The notes under the pieces: model-generated
Seen by the model: the letters and a program-made list of their open reading frames with translations, nothing else
Databases searched by the model: none
Told to the model about the DNA's origin: nothing
Origin: a virus
IMG/VR virus record: IMGVR_UViG_3300031088_000759
Direction: 5' to 3' (one strand)
DNA length: 64,000 bases
Position numbers and translations under genes: made by a program
Part shown: positions 19,955 to 29,105 of the stretch, one piece after another
Layout: each line of letters starts with the position of its first letter
Numbering within the stretch: the first letter of the stretch is position 1

Positions 19955-19977
19955 ACACTATTAAATTATCAATCAAC
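19955..19977 (-). promoter_or_regulatory. boxA-like leader element (representative copy)
   Basis: GTTGATTGATAATTTAATAGTGT between a promoter and the first tRNA. Confidence 0.55.
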
Positions 19978-20192
19978 TTCTTATGAAACTATTCTATCAA
20001 ACTTTTTCCTGCTTGTCAAACTGTTTTAAAACTTTTTTGTCAAACTGTATCTTCAAAAATCTCGTTATTACTCTGAATAAGTCCTCAACTTTTGTTGATA
20101 CACATATCTTAACATACTGCATAGTAATTTGTCAATTTACAAAATATATTTCTTGAATTTATCAGCCTATCATTTAGCAATGATGAATTCAG

Positions 20193-20265
20193 AGCCAATG
20201 GTGGGAATTGAACCCGACGACTTCCATCGTACCAAGATGGCGATCTACCACTGATCTACATTGGC
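20193..20265 (-). tRNA. tRNA-Thr(GGU)
   Basis: Loop TTGGTAC. Confidence 0.8.
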
Positions 20266-20273
20266 AAGGTTTA

Positions 20274-20438
20274 AACTATGGCAGGATTCGAACCCGCATG
20301 AACCGCTTCACAAGCGGCAGTTTTGCCGTTAAACTACATAGTAGGAAATGCTTTCACACACCCTTTTCACATCCGCACTGAAATATCGACTTTCAGATAC
20401 CTCTCTCGAGCGCATTAATCCAGTTTATGCTATACGGA
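20274..20438 (-). ncRNA. Tandem tRNA-like pair, copy 2 (His-like GUG module plus GNRA module)
   Basis: Loop TTGTGAA; CTC-GAGA-GAG. Confidence 0.6.
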
Positions 20439-20555
20439 ACACCATATGACTACTTATTCACAATCACTATACACTATGATCACTTGTGTACAACTTTTGT
20501 AAATTTTCTTCACTTAGAGGAAAATTAATGAATTGTATACTATCATTAATTTTCG

Positions 20556-20627
20556 TAGTCATGGAGAATTTCGAAATCCCAACATCTTACATGTAAAGCA
20601 AGCGCTCTTCCTTTGAGCTACATGACT
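20556..20627 (-). tRNA. tRNA-Val(UAC)
   Basis: Loop TTTACAT. Confidence 0.85.
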
Positions 20628-20635
20628 GTGTTTTA

Positions 20636-20803
20636 AGTTATGGTAGGAATCGAACCTACTTAAAGTGCTCCCACGCACCCTGTTTTTACCATTAAACTAC
20701 ATAACAGGAGAAACTTTCATCAACCCTTTTTTCATCGTTATCAGGTGCTCGATAGCCTGAATACCTGTTCCCAGTGCATTATCCCGATTTTATGCTATAA
20801 CGA
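20636..20803 (-). ncRNA. Tandem tRNA-like pair, copy 3
   Basis: CTG-GGAA-CAG replaces the anticodon arm. Confidence 0.6.
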
Positions 20804-20924
20804 AAACCATATGATTACTTGTTAAAACTTCCATAACATTATGTACACTTGTGAAACTTCTTTTTTAACTTTTGTCACTTAGGTAAAGTTCAACAAGAAT
20901 GTTAACACTGCTTATTAAACTTCG

Positions 20925-20996
20925 TAGTCATGGAGAATTTCGAAATCTCAACCCCTTGCGTGTAAAGCAAGTGCTCTTCCTTTGAGCTACACGACT
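20925..20996 (-). tRNA. tRNA-Val(UAC)
   Basis: Loop TTTACAC. Confidence 0.85.
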
Positions 20997-21342
20997 AAAA
21001 TTCTATTGTTTACCCGCGTGCAACCTCTAACACCGGCCCTCTCAACTTTTATTGAGTGTGCTTCCTTTATTTCAGCTTCTTAGATGAAGCCTTCCTTGCT
21101 TTACACCACACAATAGAATAAGTTTTTATAAAATTATCAAACATCTTTTCTTACATTAGAAGTATAACATATTAAAAAATAATTGTCAAGTTTTAAAAAA
21201 TAGTAAGGAAATCATAGTCTGCACTCTCAGAAGCAACTCATCAAACAATCGCACTAACGACAACAATTTACTCACCGGTTTTCAACTGTATCGCACTACC
21301 TGTTGAGGCTATTCTTGAGCAAGGTAGTTTTCTTTCCATACG

Positions 21343-21415
21343 TGCCATTCCTCGGGGTCGAACCGAGAACCTTCCGGGCTTCAACCGGACGCTCTTCCAA
21401 CTGAGCTTGAAAGGC
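21343..21415 (-). tRNA. tRNA-Phe(GAA)
   Basis: Loop TTGAAGC. Confidence 0.85.
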
Positions 21416-21530
21416 AAACCCTCGTAAACGTCTCATCTAGAGAAGTCTACAAGGAATAAACTTGTATAAAGCACTCAGAACTGCTCTATATGCCTTTTTA
21501 AGCGACTTATAGGTTCTTCTTCACACTTCG

Positions 21531-21839
21531 TGGCGCAGACCGGATTTGAACCAATGATATGACATTATGAGCGTCATTTGAATTCTCCCCGTAGCTAAAG
21601 CCAGGGGATTCTTACCTCAAACAGCCTGCGCCAGCGAACCAGCAACAGGTCTTACATTCTCAACAGTAAAAGGGTTAAAACCAGCCCTATATAAAACATT
21701 ATATCAAATAATCTTGATATAATGCTGTTTGTATGAAAATTGTTTTTATTTTTGTTTAATTGTTTTCCTCCCCCATAGCTAAAAGCAAGGGGCATCCAAC
21801 AACAAAACGATTGGTGATACCGAACTTCACTACCGCGCA
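21531..21839 (-). pseudogene. tRNA-Met(CAU) split by a mini IS605-type element (5' half 21814-21839, 3' half 21531-21577)
   Basis: The halves rejoin into a complete cloverleaf. Confidence 0.85.
21578..21813 (-). mobile_element. Non-autonomous IS200/IS605-family mini element (left end plus omegaRNA/right end)
   Basis: Ends match the tnpB element at 40430-41678; ATCAC target, TTCAA right end. Confidence 0.9.
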
Positions 21840-21933
21840 TCAACTTAGGTAACGGTAACCCGCTGAGAGAACAATTAATCCCTAAGTAAATTAATCGCTA
21901 ATATTTTTCAATATTCTGTTATTTCACAGCCCG

Positions 21934-22006
21934 TGGACACTATGAGAATTGAACTCACCACACCGATCTTGCAAGGATCAGTCGCCCCCTTGGTACATGA
22001 GCGCCC
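21934..22006 (-). tRNA. tRNA-Ala(UGC)
   Basis: G3:U70, loop CTTGCAA. Confidence 0.8.
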
Positions 22007-22102
22007 AAATGTTCAACAATCAAAAATTATTCAACAAATTTTCCAACACTGACTTCAGTATAACATATTTCATAACATTCTGAAGTTTTTACAGCGATTT
22101 TA

Positions 22103-22252
22103 TCAACTCTTTGGCAAACTACTGCGAGAAAACTTAGCTTTAGACTTCGAAGCTTCTGCTGCTTTTTTCCACAATTCCTCATCATTAAGAACAGCCAATT
22201 CATCATCAGTCAAATCTTTATTTTCTTCAAACTTTTCTACATTATTATTCAT
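22103..22252 (-). CDS. Small hypothetical protein (49 aa)
   Basis: AGGAG RBS, hand translation. Confidence 0.55.
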   Translation of the reverse strand: MNNNVEKFEENKDLTDDELAVLNDEELWKKAAEASKSKAKFSRSSLPKS

Positions 22253-22504
22253 ACTTCGCTCCTAAGTTTTAAAAAATCCAATATCATTTGCTTAGACATA
22301 GAAAAATGTGAACACCCAAATGATCAGGTGTAATGTAAGTCAATTTCTTTAAATCTAAATGTAATGATACGTGATCATTAAAAAATTATAAAAACTTGTT
22401 AAATAACCTTACCTTTGTATTGTTGTTCTTTTTGAACCAATATTTCAAGCAACTGATACAAGCAACTGATAATAGCCAAAGGTATTTATTGTTATTGTTT
22501 AGCG

Positions 22505-22591
22505 CGGAGAGCAAGGGAATTGAACCCTCACCGCTGTTACACGGACATGTTTTCGAGACAAGCACGACAAACCAATATTCGACTACTCTCC
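22505..22591 (-). tRNA. tRNA-Ser(CGA)
   Basis: Loop CTCGAAA. Confidence 0.8.
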
Positions 22592-22627
22592 AAAGCAACA
22601 ATTGCTAATACAACATATATTGTATCG

Positions 22628-22700
22628 CTCCCAGGGTAGGAATCGAACCTACGATGGCTCTGATTCAAAGTCAGAGTTGCGTGCCAGCACACACCGGGGA
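22628..22700 (-). tRNA. tRNA-Gln(UUG), atypical D arm
   Basis: Loop CTTTGAA. Confidence 0.7.
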
Positions 22701-22730
22701 ATAAATATTTTGAACAATTTTTATTCAAAG

Positions 22731-22810
22731 CGGAAGGCACGGGATTCGAACCCGCAACCCTATCGGGCGACCGATTTCAAGTCGGTGTGCTAACCATTCG
22801 CCTACCTTCC
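22731..22810 (-). tRNA. tRNA-Ser(UGA)
   Basis: Loop CTTGAAA. Confidence 0.85.
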
Positions 22811-23053
22811 AAAATTCTTGAAGACTGTTGTTTTTCTCAGCTCTTTCACAAGGTTGCCACAAAAATTAAGACCATAGTTTAGAGGGCTTGTGATCCCACT
22901 TCCACTAATTCTCATCAATGGTATCAGATCTTCAAGAACAAGATTATTGAAAATACACTATTAAAATTATCAAATATTTTTAAACTTATTATGAATAAGT
23001 ATAACACAATATTTTTCTTTTGTCAAATTTATTGTTTAAATATTTGATAAATG

Positions 23054-23125
23054 AGCCTATGGTGCGAATTGAACGCACGACTTCCATCGTACCAAGATGG
23101 TGATCTACCACTGATCTACACAGGC
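23054..23125 (-). tRNA. tRNA-Thr(GGU)
   Basis: Loop TTGGTAC. Confidence 0.85.
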
Positions 23126-23148
23126 AAAATATGTTTGAAAATTTTAAG

Positions 23149-23224
23149 CACGCCTGACAGGATTTGAACCTGCATGTATCCGTTAACCTTTCAGCTGGTT
23201 CGAAGCCAGAGGGTTTACAAGCGC
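23149..23224 (-). tRNA. Rearranged tRNA-Arg(UCG), D-loop-like segment 3' of the anticodon
   Basis: CTGG-CTTCGAA-CCAG then TAACGGATA. Confidence 0.7.
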
Positions 23225-23254
23225 ATATCTTACACTCCGCTAAAAGTATAAGAA

Positions 23255-24020
23255 AGGTAATCAGACTGAGAATACATCTTCTTATCAGCAAACTTTTGTC
23301 AGATTATGGATTCCTGACGTTTCCACGATATCCCTACCGTATTTGCCATGCCTGGTAAGTTAAGCTCACCAATCTTTATGTTATACGCTACTCCACAGAT
23401 TTCAATTCGACAAACAGTTGCAAGCCATTCATCTGCATTACTTTCTTATGAACTTTACAAAACCTTGCGAGCTTCATAAAGACTTGATTCTCAAAGAGTC
23501 AAGCATTAAGGCACTTTCGCACATAACAGGAAAAGTCTTTCGCTTTTTACAATATACAGGAGTCGAACCTGTAACGCATCGTTTTGAGACGATTGTTCTG
23601 CCATTGAACTAATATTGGGAATAATGACTGGAGATGTGCTTTTCCATGAAGCTTCGCAACCTTTGGGATTACAAAATACTTCACACCTCTCCCGCTTTCA
23701 TTGTCACACTACTCACAGTCAAAGCTTTATAATGAATTCGCCAATCCATTAATAAACTTTATAGTATCCGCCTTTGATTGACAGTCTCAGACTAAAATAC
23801 CTTCCTACAAGAAGTTTCTGTTTATTGTAACCCACTCATCTACCCTGCGTGGATAGCTTTCTTTACACCGATTGGCTCTGAGAAAGATGTGGCAACTCAC
23901 AAAAACCGTATCCAGTTCCACCTGAATACTTAACTCATAGAAATTGTATGATTTACCTTTTATCAAGGCGATAGATTGTCACACTACCTTTCACTAACTT
24001 ACGCTAGCTTATGCGTCATA
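23255..24020 (-). ncRNA. Probable GOLLD RNA with an embedded tRNA-like element
   Basis: About 770 nt structured tract with no credible ORF in a tRNA array; AAAAGCGAAAGAC..CGAAAG..CGCAAG..TGTATTCTCAG resemble my recollection of the GOLLD 3' domain. Confidence 0.6.
23549..23618 (-). pseudogene. Trp-like tRNA with a 6-nt loop (CTCAAA)
   Basis: D and T arms intact; lies inside the GOLLD candidate. Confidence 0.55.
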
Positions 24021-24028
24021 CCGCTTTG

Positions 24029-24108
24029 CGGAAGGCACGAGACTCGAACTCGCAACCCTATCGGGCATCATCGTTCCAGGATGACTGCTTTCCATTCGCT
24101 TACCTTCC
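24029..24108 (-). tRNA. tRNA-Ser(GGA)
   Basis: Loop CTGGAAC. Confidence 0.85.
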
Positions 24109-24274
24109 AGGAGATCCACCAAGGTTTTCAGCCAAGATCTTTTTAAACCGTTTTGAAAAGTTTAAAATGTGTTATGAATATTTTACACCAGTGGATAATG
24201 AAAGATTGTCATAAATTTAATTAAACAATTCTTTAAAAATTCAGGTATAAATCACGAAAGATTCACTCCGAAAG

Positions 24275-24346
24275 TGCCTCCACAAGGATTCGAACCTTGG
24301 ACCTGTCGCTTAAAAGGCGAAAGCTCTACCGCTGAGCTATAGAGGC
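24275..24346 (-). tRNA. tRNA-Lys(UUU)
   Basis: Loop CTTTTAA. Confidence 0.9.
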
Positions 24347-24449
24347 ATAAACAATATTCTGCTAAGAAGGAATTGTTAAACCTTGAATAATTGCTTTATT
24401 TAATTCGTCTTTATCAATCATATTTTTACCTTACTTTTACCCCGCTAAG

Positions 24450-24525
24450 CGCGCCCAAAGGGACTCGAACCCCCATGTATCCATTAGCCTTTCTACTCGT
24501 CCGTAGCGAGAGGGCATATAGGCGC
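24450..24525 (-). tRNA. Rearranged tRNA-Arg(ACG), D-loop-like segment 3' of the anticodon
   Basis: CTCG-CTACGGA-CGAG then TAATGGATA. Confidence 0.7.
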
Positions 24526-24579
24526 ATTATTTAACTATTCTACCTCACTCTTTCTTCAAAGTTTTTGGTAAAATAAAAG

Positions 24580-24654
24580 GGTGCCATACGAGATTCGAAC
24601 TCGCACTCTCCCGAGTCACAGTCGGGGGCTTTAACCAGTTAAGCTAATGGCACC
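24580..24654 (-). tRNA. tRNA-His(GUG), G-1 encoded
   Basis: Loop CTGTGAC, G-1:C73. Confidence 0.9.
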
Positions 24655-24789
24655 ATGATAATAAAATTCGCTAACATTCAACAAACTTATTATTATATTT
24701 TTCATACTATTTTTAAATCCTCTATGAAAAGGATTATACAACACCCTATTTGCTCTTAGTGATTTTCCTGAAGGAAGAAACAAGGGTTA

Positions 24790-24863
24790 AGCGGGAACAC
24801 GAAGAATCAAACTCCGGCCAAGAGGTTTGGAAGCTCTTGTGCTATCACTACACCATATTCCCA
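24790..24863 (-). pseudogene. Degenerate tRNA-Gly(UCC)
   Basis: Enlarged loop, T-loop TTTGATT. Confidence 0.5.
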
Positions 24864-24900
24864 TACAACAACATGTTCATAAAACATATTGAAGAATAAT

Positions 24901-24980
24901 TATCCAAGACAGGATTCGAACCTGCAAGTTATTGTCAATCCTTTTTCAAGGCAAGTGTTTACCATTCCACCACTCGGATA
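24901..24980 (-). ncRNA. Leu-like tRNA body with a CCTT-GAAA-AAGG hairpin instead of an anticodon arm
   Basis: Intact acceptor, D and T arms. Confidence 0.6.
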
Positions 24981-24983
24981 AAG

Positions 24984-25056
24984 TGCCTTCCCTCGGGGTC
25001 GAACCGAGAACCTTCCGGGCTTCAACCGGACGCTCTCCCATCTGAGCTTGAAAGGC
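24984..25056 (-). tRNA. tRNA-Phe(GAA)
   Basis: Loop TTGAAGC. Confidence 0.85.
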
Positions 25057-25181
25057 AAGATCCCATAAACGTTTCATCACGAAAAATTTATGGAACATAT
25101 TAAAATCAACTGGTTTAAATAATTCCCTAAGATTGATGAAGTCTTAGTTAGGTTATCATCCTAAAATTATTCAGACCTTCG

Positions 25182-25252
25182 AGGCGCGTAGGAGAGTTGA
25201 ACTCCTCTAGGCTGTTTTGCAGACAGCTACCTGGCCGCTCGGTCAACGCGCC
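25182..25252 (-). tRNA. tRNA-Cys(GCA)
   Basis: Loop CTGCAAA, U73. Confidence 0.9.
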
Positions 25253-25357
25253 ATATGTTTTACTTAACCCGCAGGTCAAGTAAATTTTTTTAAATATATT
25301 CATAAAAATATTATACCAAGAAAAAGAGTATTTTGTTAATATTTTTTCAAATATTAG

Positions 25358-25446
25358 TCCATAACCGAAGAATCGAACTTCGCAAAAATAATAAATATTC
25401 ACCATATTATCAGTATGGCAGCTCCAACCAGTTGCGTTTGTTATGG
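25358..25446 (-). tRNA. tRNA-Ile(GAU)-like, long variable arm
   Basis: Loop CTGATAA, weak D arm. Confidence 0.6.
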
Positions 25447-25737
25447 AAAGCTGAATAGATTGCCCCGTCCACGCCTCTATTCTGTTATGCCTGCCATTCC
25501 ATACATAACACCCATTTATTCATTCACCATTATGTTTGTCAGCCCCTTTAAAAGTAAAGTAGATTACCTTTACTCCCACGCTCAAACATTACCACCCCTT
25601 GATTTAATAATATGGATAGCCCCAATTCTAAAAAGTTAATAACCATTTTAGAAACTGTTTGCTTATACAGCTTTCACTGGTATCTGTTTCAGAACGGCTA
25701 TTAACCGTAAGGGAATCCCACCCTTTTATAAGCAAAG

Positions 25738-25818
25738 TGCCCTCAGAGAGATTCGAACTCTCACTCCTTGCGGAACTTGTGTTTGAAACAAGCGTGTCTA
25801 CCATTCCACCACAAGGGC
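25738..25818 (-). tRNA. tRNA-Leu(CAA)
   Basis: Loop TTCAAAC. Confidence 0.85.
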
Positions 25819-25826
25819 ATAATTTA

Positions 25827-25930
25827 AAGAATATGGCGAATAGGAATCGAACCTATTTCAGCCTGCGCGCAAGTGCTGGTCTCCATGACTCTTTGGGATT
25901 CGAACCCACCCTGCCCGGGACCATATTCTT
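25827..25930 (-). ncRNA. Double-T-loop RNA
   Basis: 10-bp closure AAGAATATGG/CCATATTCTT, two GGTTCGA hairpins. Confidence 0.55.
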
Positions 25931-25960
25931 CAAAATTTTTCAACTTTTTTCAAAGTTAAG

Positions 25961-26044
25961 TGCGTATGAGAGGATTCGAACCTCCAAGCCCTATACGGGC
26001 AACGGCTTCTTAGACCGTCGTGTATACCGTTCCACCACATACGC
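25961..26044 (-). tRNA. tRNA-Leu(AAG), long variable arm
   Basis: Loop CTAAGAA. Confidence 0.85.
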
Positions 26045-26218
26045 ATATTGAACGAAGAAAAGAAAGCCTCTTACTTTCTACTGCCGGGAGTTTTTCGCAT
26101 AATCCGCCGACTATGCTACTCGCCCCCAGAGTGCCACCTGGTTAATTCCAGCTTACACCATTTCTTCTTCTATTTATTCAACAACAAGTGCGACCAAGTT
26201 GTCAAACAAATATTTCAG

Positions 26219-26299
26219 TGGTAGTGACAGGATTTGAACCTGCAAGTCCGAAGAGCCTGATTTACAGTCAGGTGAGCCAGCCAATTGCTCAACACTACC
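26219..26299 (-). tRNA. tRNA-Tyr(GUA)
   Basis: Loop CTGTAAA. Confidence 0.9.
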
Positions 26300-26497
26300 A
26301 TGCTTTTTACTCTATTTATTTTTCAAACATTTTCTTCAACTTCTTATACAACTATCCTAACATGTTGAAAATATTTTGTCAAGTATCTTCAACAATTAGT
26401 TCAACAATCTTTAACAAGCGTTTTAACGAACTTTCTACAATGTTTTGATGAACTATTCGTTAAGCCTTTAAAAACCTGTGAGAAGGTTTTTAAAGCG

Positions 26498-26568
26498 TGC
26501 CCCCGGTAGGAATCGAACCTACGTCCATGGATTAAAAGTCCAGTGCTAATCCCCTCAGCTACAAAGGC
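26498..26568 (-). tRNA. tRNA-Lys(UUU)
   Basis: Loop CTTTTAA. Confidence 0.8.
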
Positions 26569-26614
26569 ATATATAATAAAATATACAAGTTATTCATTTT
26601 TGTTTAAAAACGTT

Positions 26615-27397
26615 CTAAACAAAGCTCCCCGAATAACACTCTCTGGAACAATATTTTCTTTTTTGTGCTGGGACACTGTTAAAGGTTCTTTTACACTTTA
26701 AACATACTGTGTAATTTTTAATACTGGAAAATCTGTCAATAGAAGATTCTTGTATCTTTTTCAAACTTTCCTTATTGTGCTTTTTCCCTTTGAAACCTGT
26801 ATTAGTCAAAGCAAAGCCTTCATGTTTTAAAAATGCTGTTACTTTACGTTTACTCAATCCCAGTTCTTTCGATATTGTTCTTGCAGATTTATTTTCATTA
26901 ATAAACTTTTTAATAATTATTTTTTTATATTTCTTCTCAAACTCTTTCTTTTGTGATTCTAAACTACATTCTAAACACATAGAAGAATCTATTTTTGTGG
27001 TAAATTGAGATCCACAGACACAACTCTTTGTGATTCTCTTTCCACCTTTATATAAAGAATTTGCAATTTTAATTTTAGTTTCTTCTGAATGCTTCCATTT
27101 TTCATTTAAAGAAGGCTTCTTACCATAGTATTTAGGACTCATCTTATTAAACCATTTGATTTCTAAAACATTCAAAATACCATTATCGTATTCGCATTCT
27201 TCCAATACACGAAGAACAATCAAATCAGGAACAGCACCATTAGAATGATACCACTCAACAAAATCTTTGCGCTTATGACTCTTAGATTTTAATTCTTTTA
27301 AATGTGATTTCCAGCGCTGTTCAATATTCTTTGACAAGCCAACATATAAACACTCATTATTATGAGCATCAAAAATACCATATATTCCTACTGTCAT
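26615..27397 (-). CDS. GIY-YIG homing endonuclease with NUMOD3; catalytic domain close to 5998-7023
   Basis: MTVGIYGIFD..YVG..; HSEETKIKI. Confidence 0.85.
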   Translation of the reverse strand: MTVGIYGIFDAHNNECLYVGLSKNIEQRWKSHLKELKSKSHKRKDFVEWYHSNGAVPDLIVLRVLEECEYDNGILNVLEIKWFNKMSPKYYGKKPSLNEKWKHSEETKIKIANSLYKGGKRITKSCVCGSQFTTKIDSSMCLECSLESQKKEFEKKYKKIIIKKFINENKSARTISKELGLSKRKVTAFLKHEGFALTNTGFKGKKHNKESLKKIQESSIDRFSSIKNYTVCLKCKRTFNSVPAQKRKYCSRECYSGSFV

Positions 27398-27504
27398 ATT
27401 TTGCTCTTTTCGCTGGTTAAATACTTGTTTCTTACTATGTATCTTACCAATAAAAAAATATTTTTGACAGTTTTTACTAAGAATTTTCAATCATTCTTAG
27501 CAAG

Positions 27505-27589
27505 CTCCCCGACCTGGATTCGAACCAGGACAAGCATTTTCTGTTTACTGAGTCAGAGTCAGTCGTGTTGCCAATTACACTATCGGGGA
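27505..27589 (-). tRNA. tRNA-Gln(CUG), long variable region
   Basis: Loop CTCTGAC. Confidence 0.8.
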
Positions 27590-27762
27590 ATAAAAGTAAA
27601 TGTAAAAAGTATAGGACTTATGAAACAATGTTTTCACTGAGCCATTCACCTAATTTTGTTTTCTTCTTTTTACATCCAGATCCTAATTTTTCATAAACCT
27701 TTAAAGAACTTATTGTTCAATTGCAGATTCGAACTGCTTTACGAAAAATTATTCACCTTTCG

Positions 27763-27836
27763 TCTGAGCAGGTGGATTTGAACCACCGATCTCTCCTGTC
27801 CAAGAGGAGTGACTTACCTGACTAGCCTACACCCAG
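27763..27836 (-). tRNA. tRNA-Pro(UGG)
   Basis: Loop CTTGGAC. Confidence 0.8.
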
Positions 27837-27984
27837 AAATTGCGACTATGAACAAGCATTCATAGAGGCTTTACGATCATTTTTTTAGAGACATGCCGAA
27901 GTCTCGTTCTTACCGTCCATCCCACGTCAGGGCGACTTCTGTCTAGGTGATACAACCTGTTAAGAATTTGCTTGAATTCTTACG

Positions 27985-28059
27985 TCGGGATAGCAGGATT
28001 TGAACCTGCAGTCTCTTAGCCCCTAACTAAGCGGATTAACCAAATTTTCCTATATCCCG
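27985..28059 (-). tRNA. tRNA-Pro(AGG), rare A34 anticodon
   Basis: Loop TTAGGGG. Confidence 0.85.
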
Positions 28060-28292
28060 TTATTAAAACAAACCATTATCACTCTGCCGCAGATACTATA
28101 GGAGAGCTCAGGAGTCGAACCGTAATGCCTATTCCCTATAGGATAATGATTTGCTAAAAGTGTGTGAAAGAAACCCGGCGTTCAGCCCAACATAAACTAG
28201 CCTAGTATATGTCCGCAACGGGTTTTACAAGGGTGCTCAACTTCCACAATATTGTATTTTCACATGGCTTGTGCTAATTCTACAATATTTCG

Positions 28293-28365
28293 TCGGAAAG
28301 AAAGGAATCGAACCTTTCCTAAAGCGCCCCAAACGCCTCGTGCTCAGCCAATACACCACATTCCG
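28293..28365 (-). tRNA. tRNA-Pro(UGG)
   Basis: Loop TTTGGGG. Confidence 0.8.
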
Positions 28366-28467
28366 ATACATAGAACCTGCGTCTATTTTCTTAGCCTTTC
28401 ACTAAGTTTGCCGAGTTTCACGGTCCTGTCCAGAAGTAATTCCATTATACTATTAGCCCATGAAAAG

Positions 28468-28630
28468 TGGACTAAACGGGAATCGAACCCGTTTTTTCTA
28501 GATCCTCGCAGAAGAGGTGGCTTCGATACCACTATTCATCAATAACTTTTTAAAAATTATCGCTCTTCCATGCATGTTCATAGCCCCCGTTCCATCGCTT
28601 GAACATTGCCACACCTTTTCGTATAGCCCC
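28468..28630 (-). ncRNA. Short tmRNA-like RNA with an Ala-type acceptor
   Basis: GGGCTA/TAGTCC-A with G3:U70, T arm, no D stem. Confidence 0.5.
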
Positions 28631-28679
28631 GTTTTTGTAATATATTGAAAAATTAAGTATTTTGTTCATATTACAAAAG

Positions 28680-28760
28680 TAGCTCAGGTGGGATTCGAAC
28701 CCACAATCCATAAGGCGGCTGATTTTAAGTCAACTGTGTATACCATTCCACCACTGAGCC
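28680..28760 (-). tRNA. tRNA-Leu(UAA)
   Basis: Loop CTTAAAA. Confidence 0.9.
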
Positions 28761-28845
28761 ATGTATAGGAGGTCTCGACTCTCCGAAGCAAGACTTAAAG
28801 CGCCTTGCCCGCACCACAATAGGGAGTTGAACCCCAGCTTTACCG

Positions 28846-28918
28846 TGCCCCATCAGGGATTCGAACCCCGGACCTGCTCCTTAAGAGGGAGAAGCTCTAA
28901 CCGCTGAGCTAATGAGGC
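28846..28918 (-). tRNA. tRNA-Lys(CUU)
   Basis: Loop CTCTTAA. Confidence 0.9.
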
Positions 28919-29105
28919 AAATAATAGGTAGCTGAGGGCGTTGTTAACGCTTCTATTACCAGTCAGCTTTCAATATATCTATCCCACTCTGGAACAGTCA
29001 CGAACTGTTGGTGGATTCGACCTATTAAAAATCTTTCGCTATTTGTTTATCAATAACTTAACTATAACATGTTGTTAAAATATTGTCAAGTTTTTTGAAG
29101 AAACG

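Noticed and set aside
21578-21813. Self-splicing intron or IStron in tRNA-Met
   Set aside because: The insert is explained by IS ends plus a short AT-rich spacer, and no group I core is seen
23549-23618. Opal suppressor tRNA or a recoded genome
   Set aside because: The loop is only 6 nt, and known genes read full length with TGA/TAA/TAG stops in the standard code
8167-28242. Shared AGTTGAGCAC...TTCACACA at about 8167-8230 and 28161-28242
   Set aside because: Only two short matches with no consistent fold found by eye
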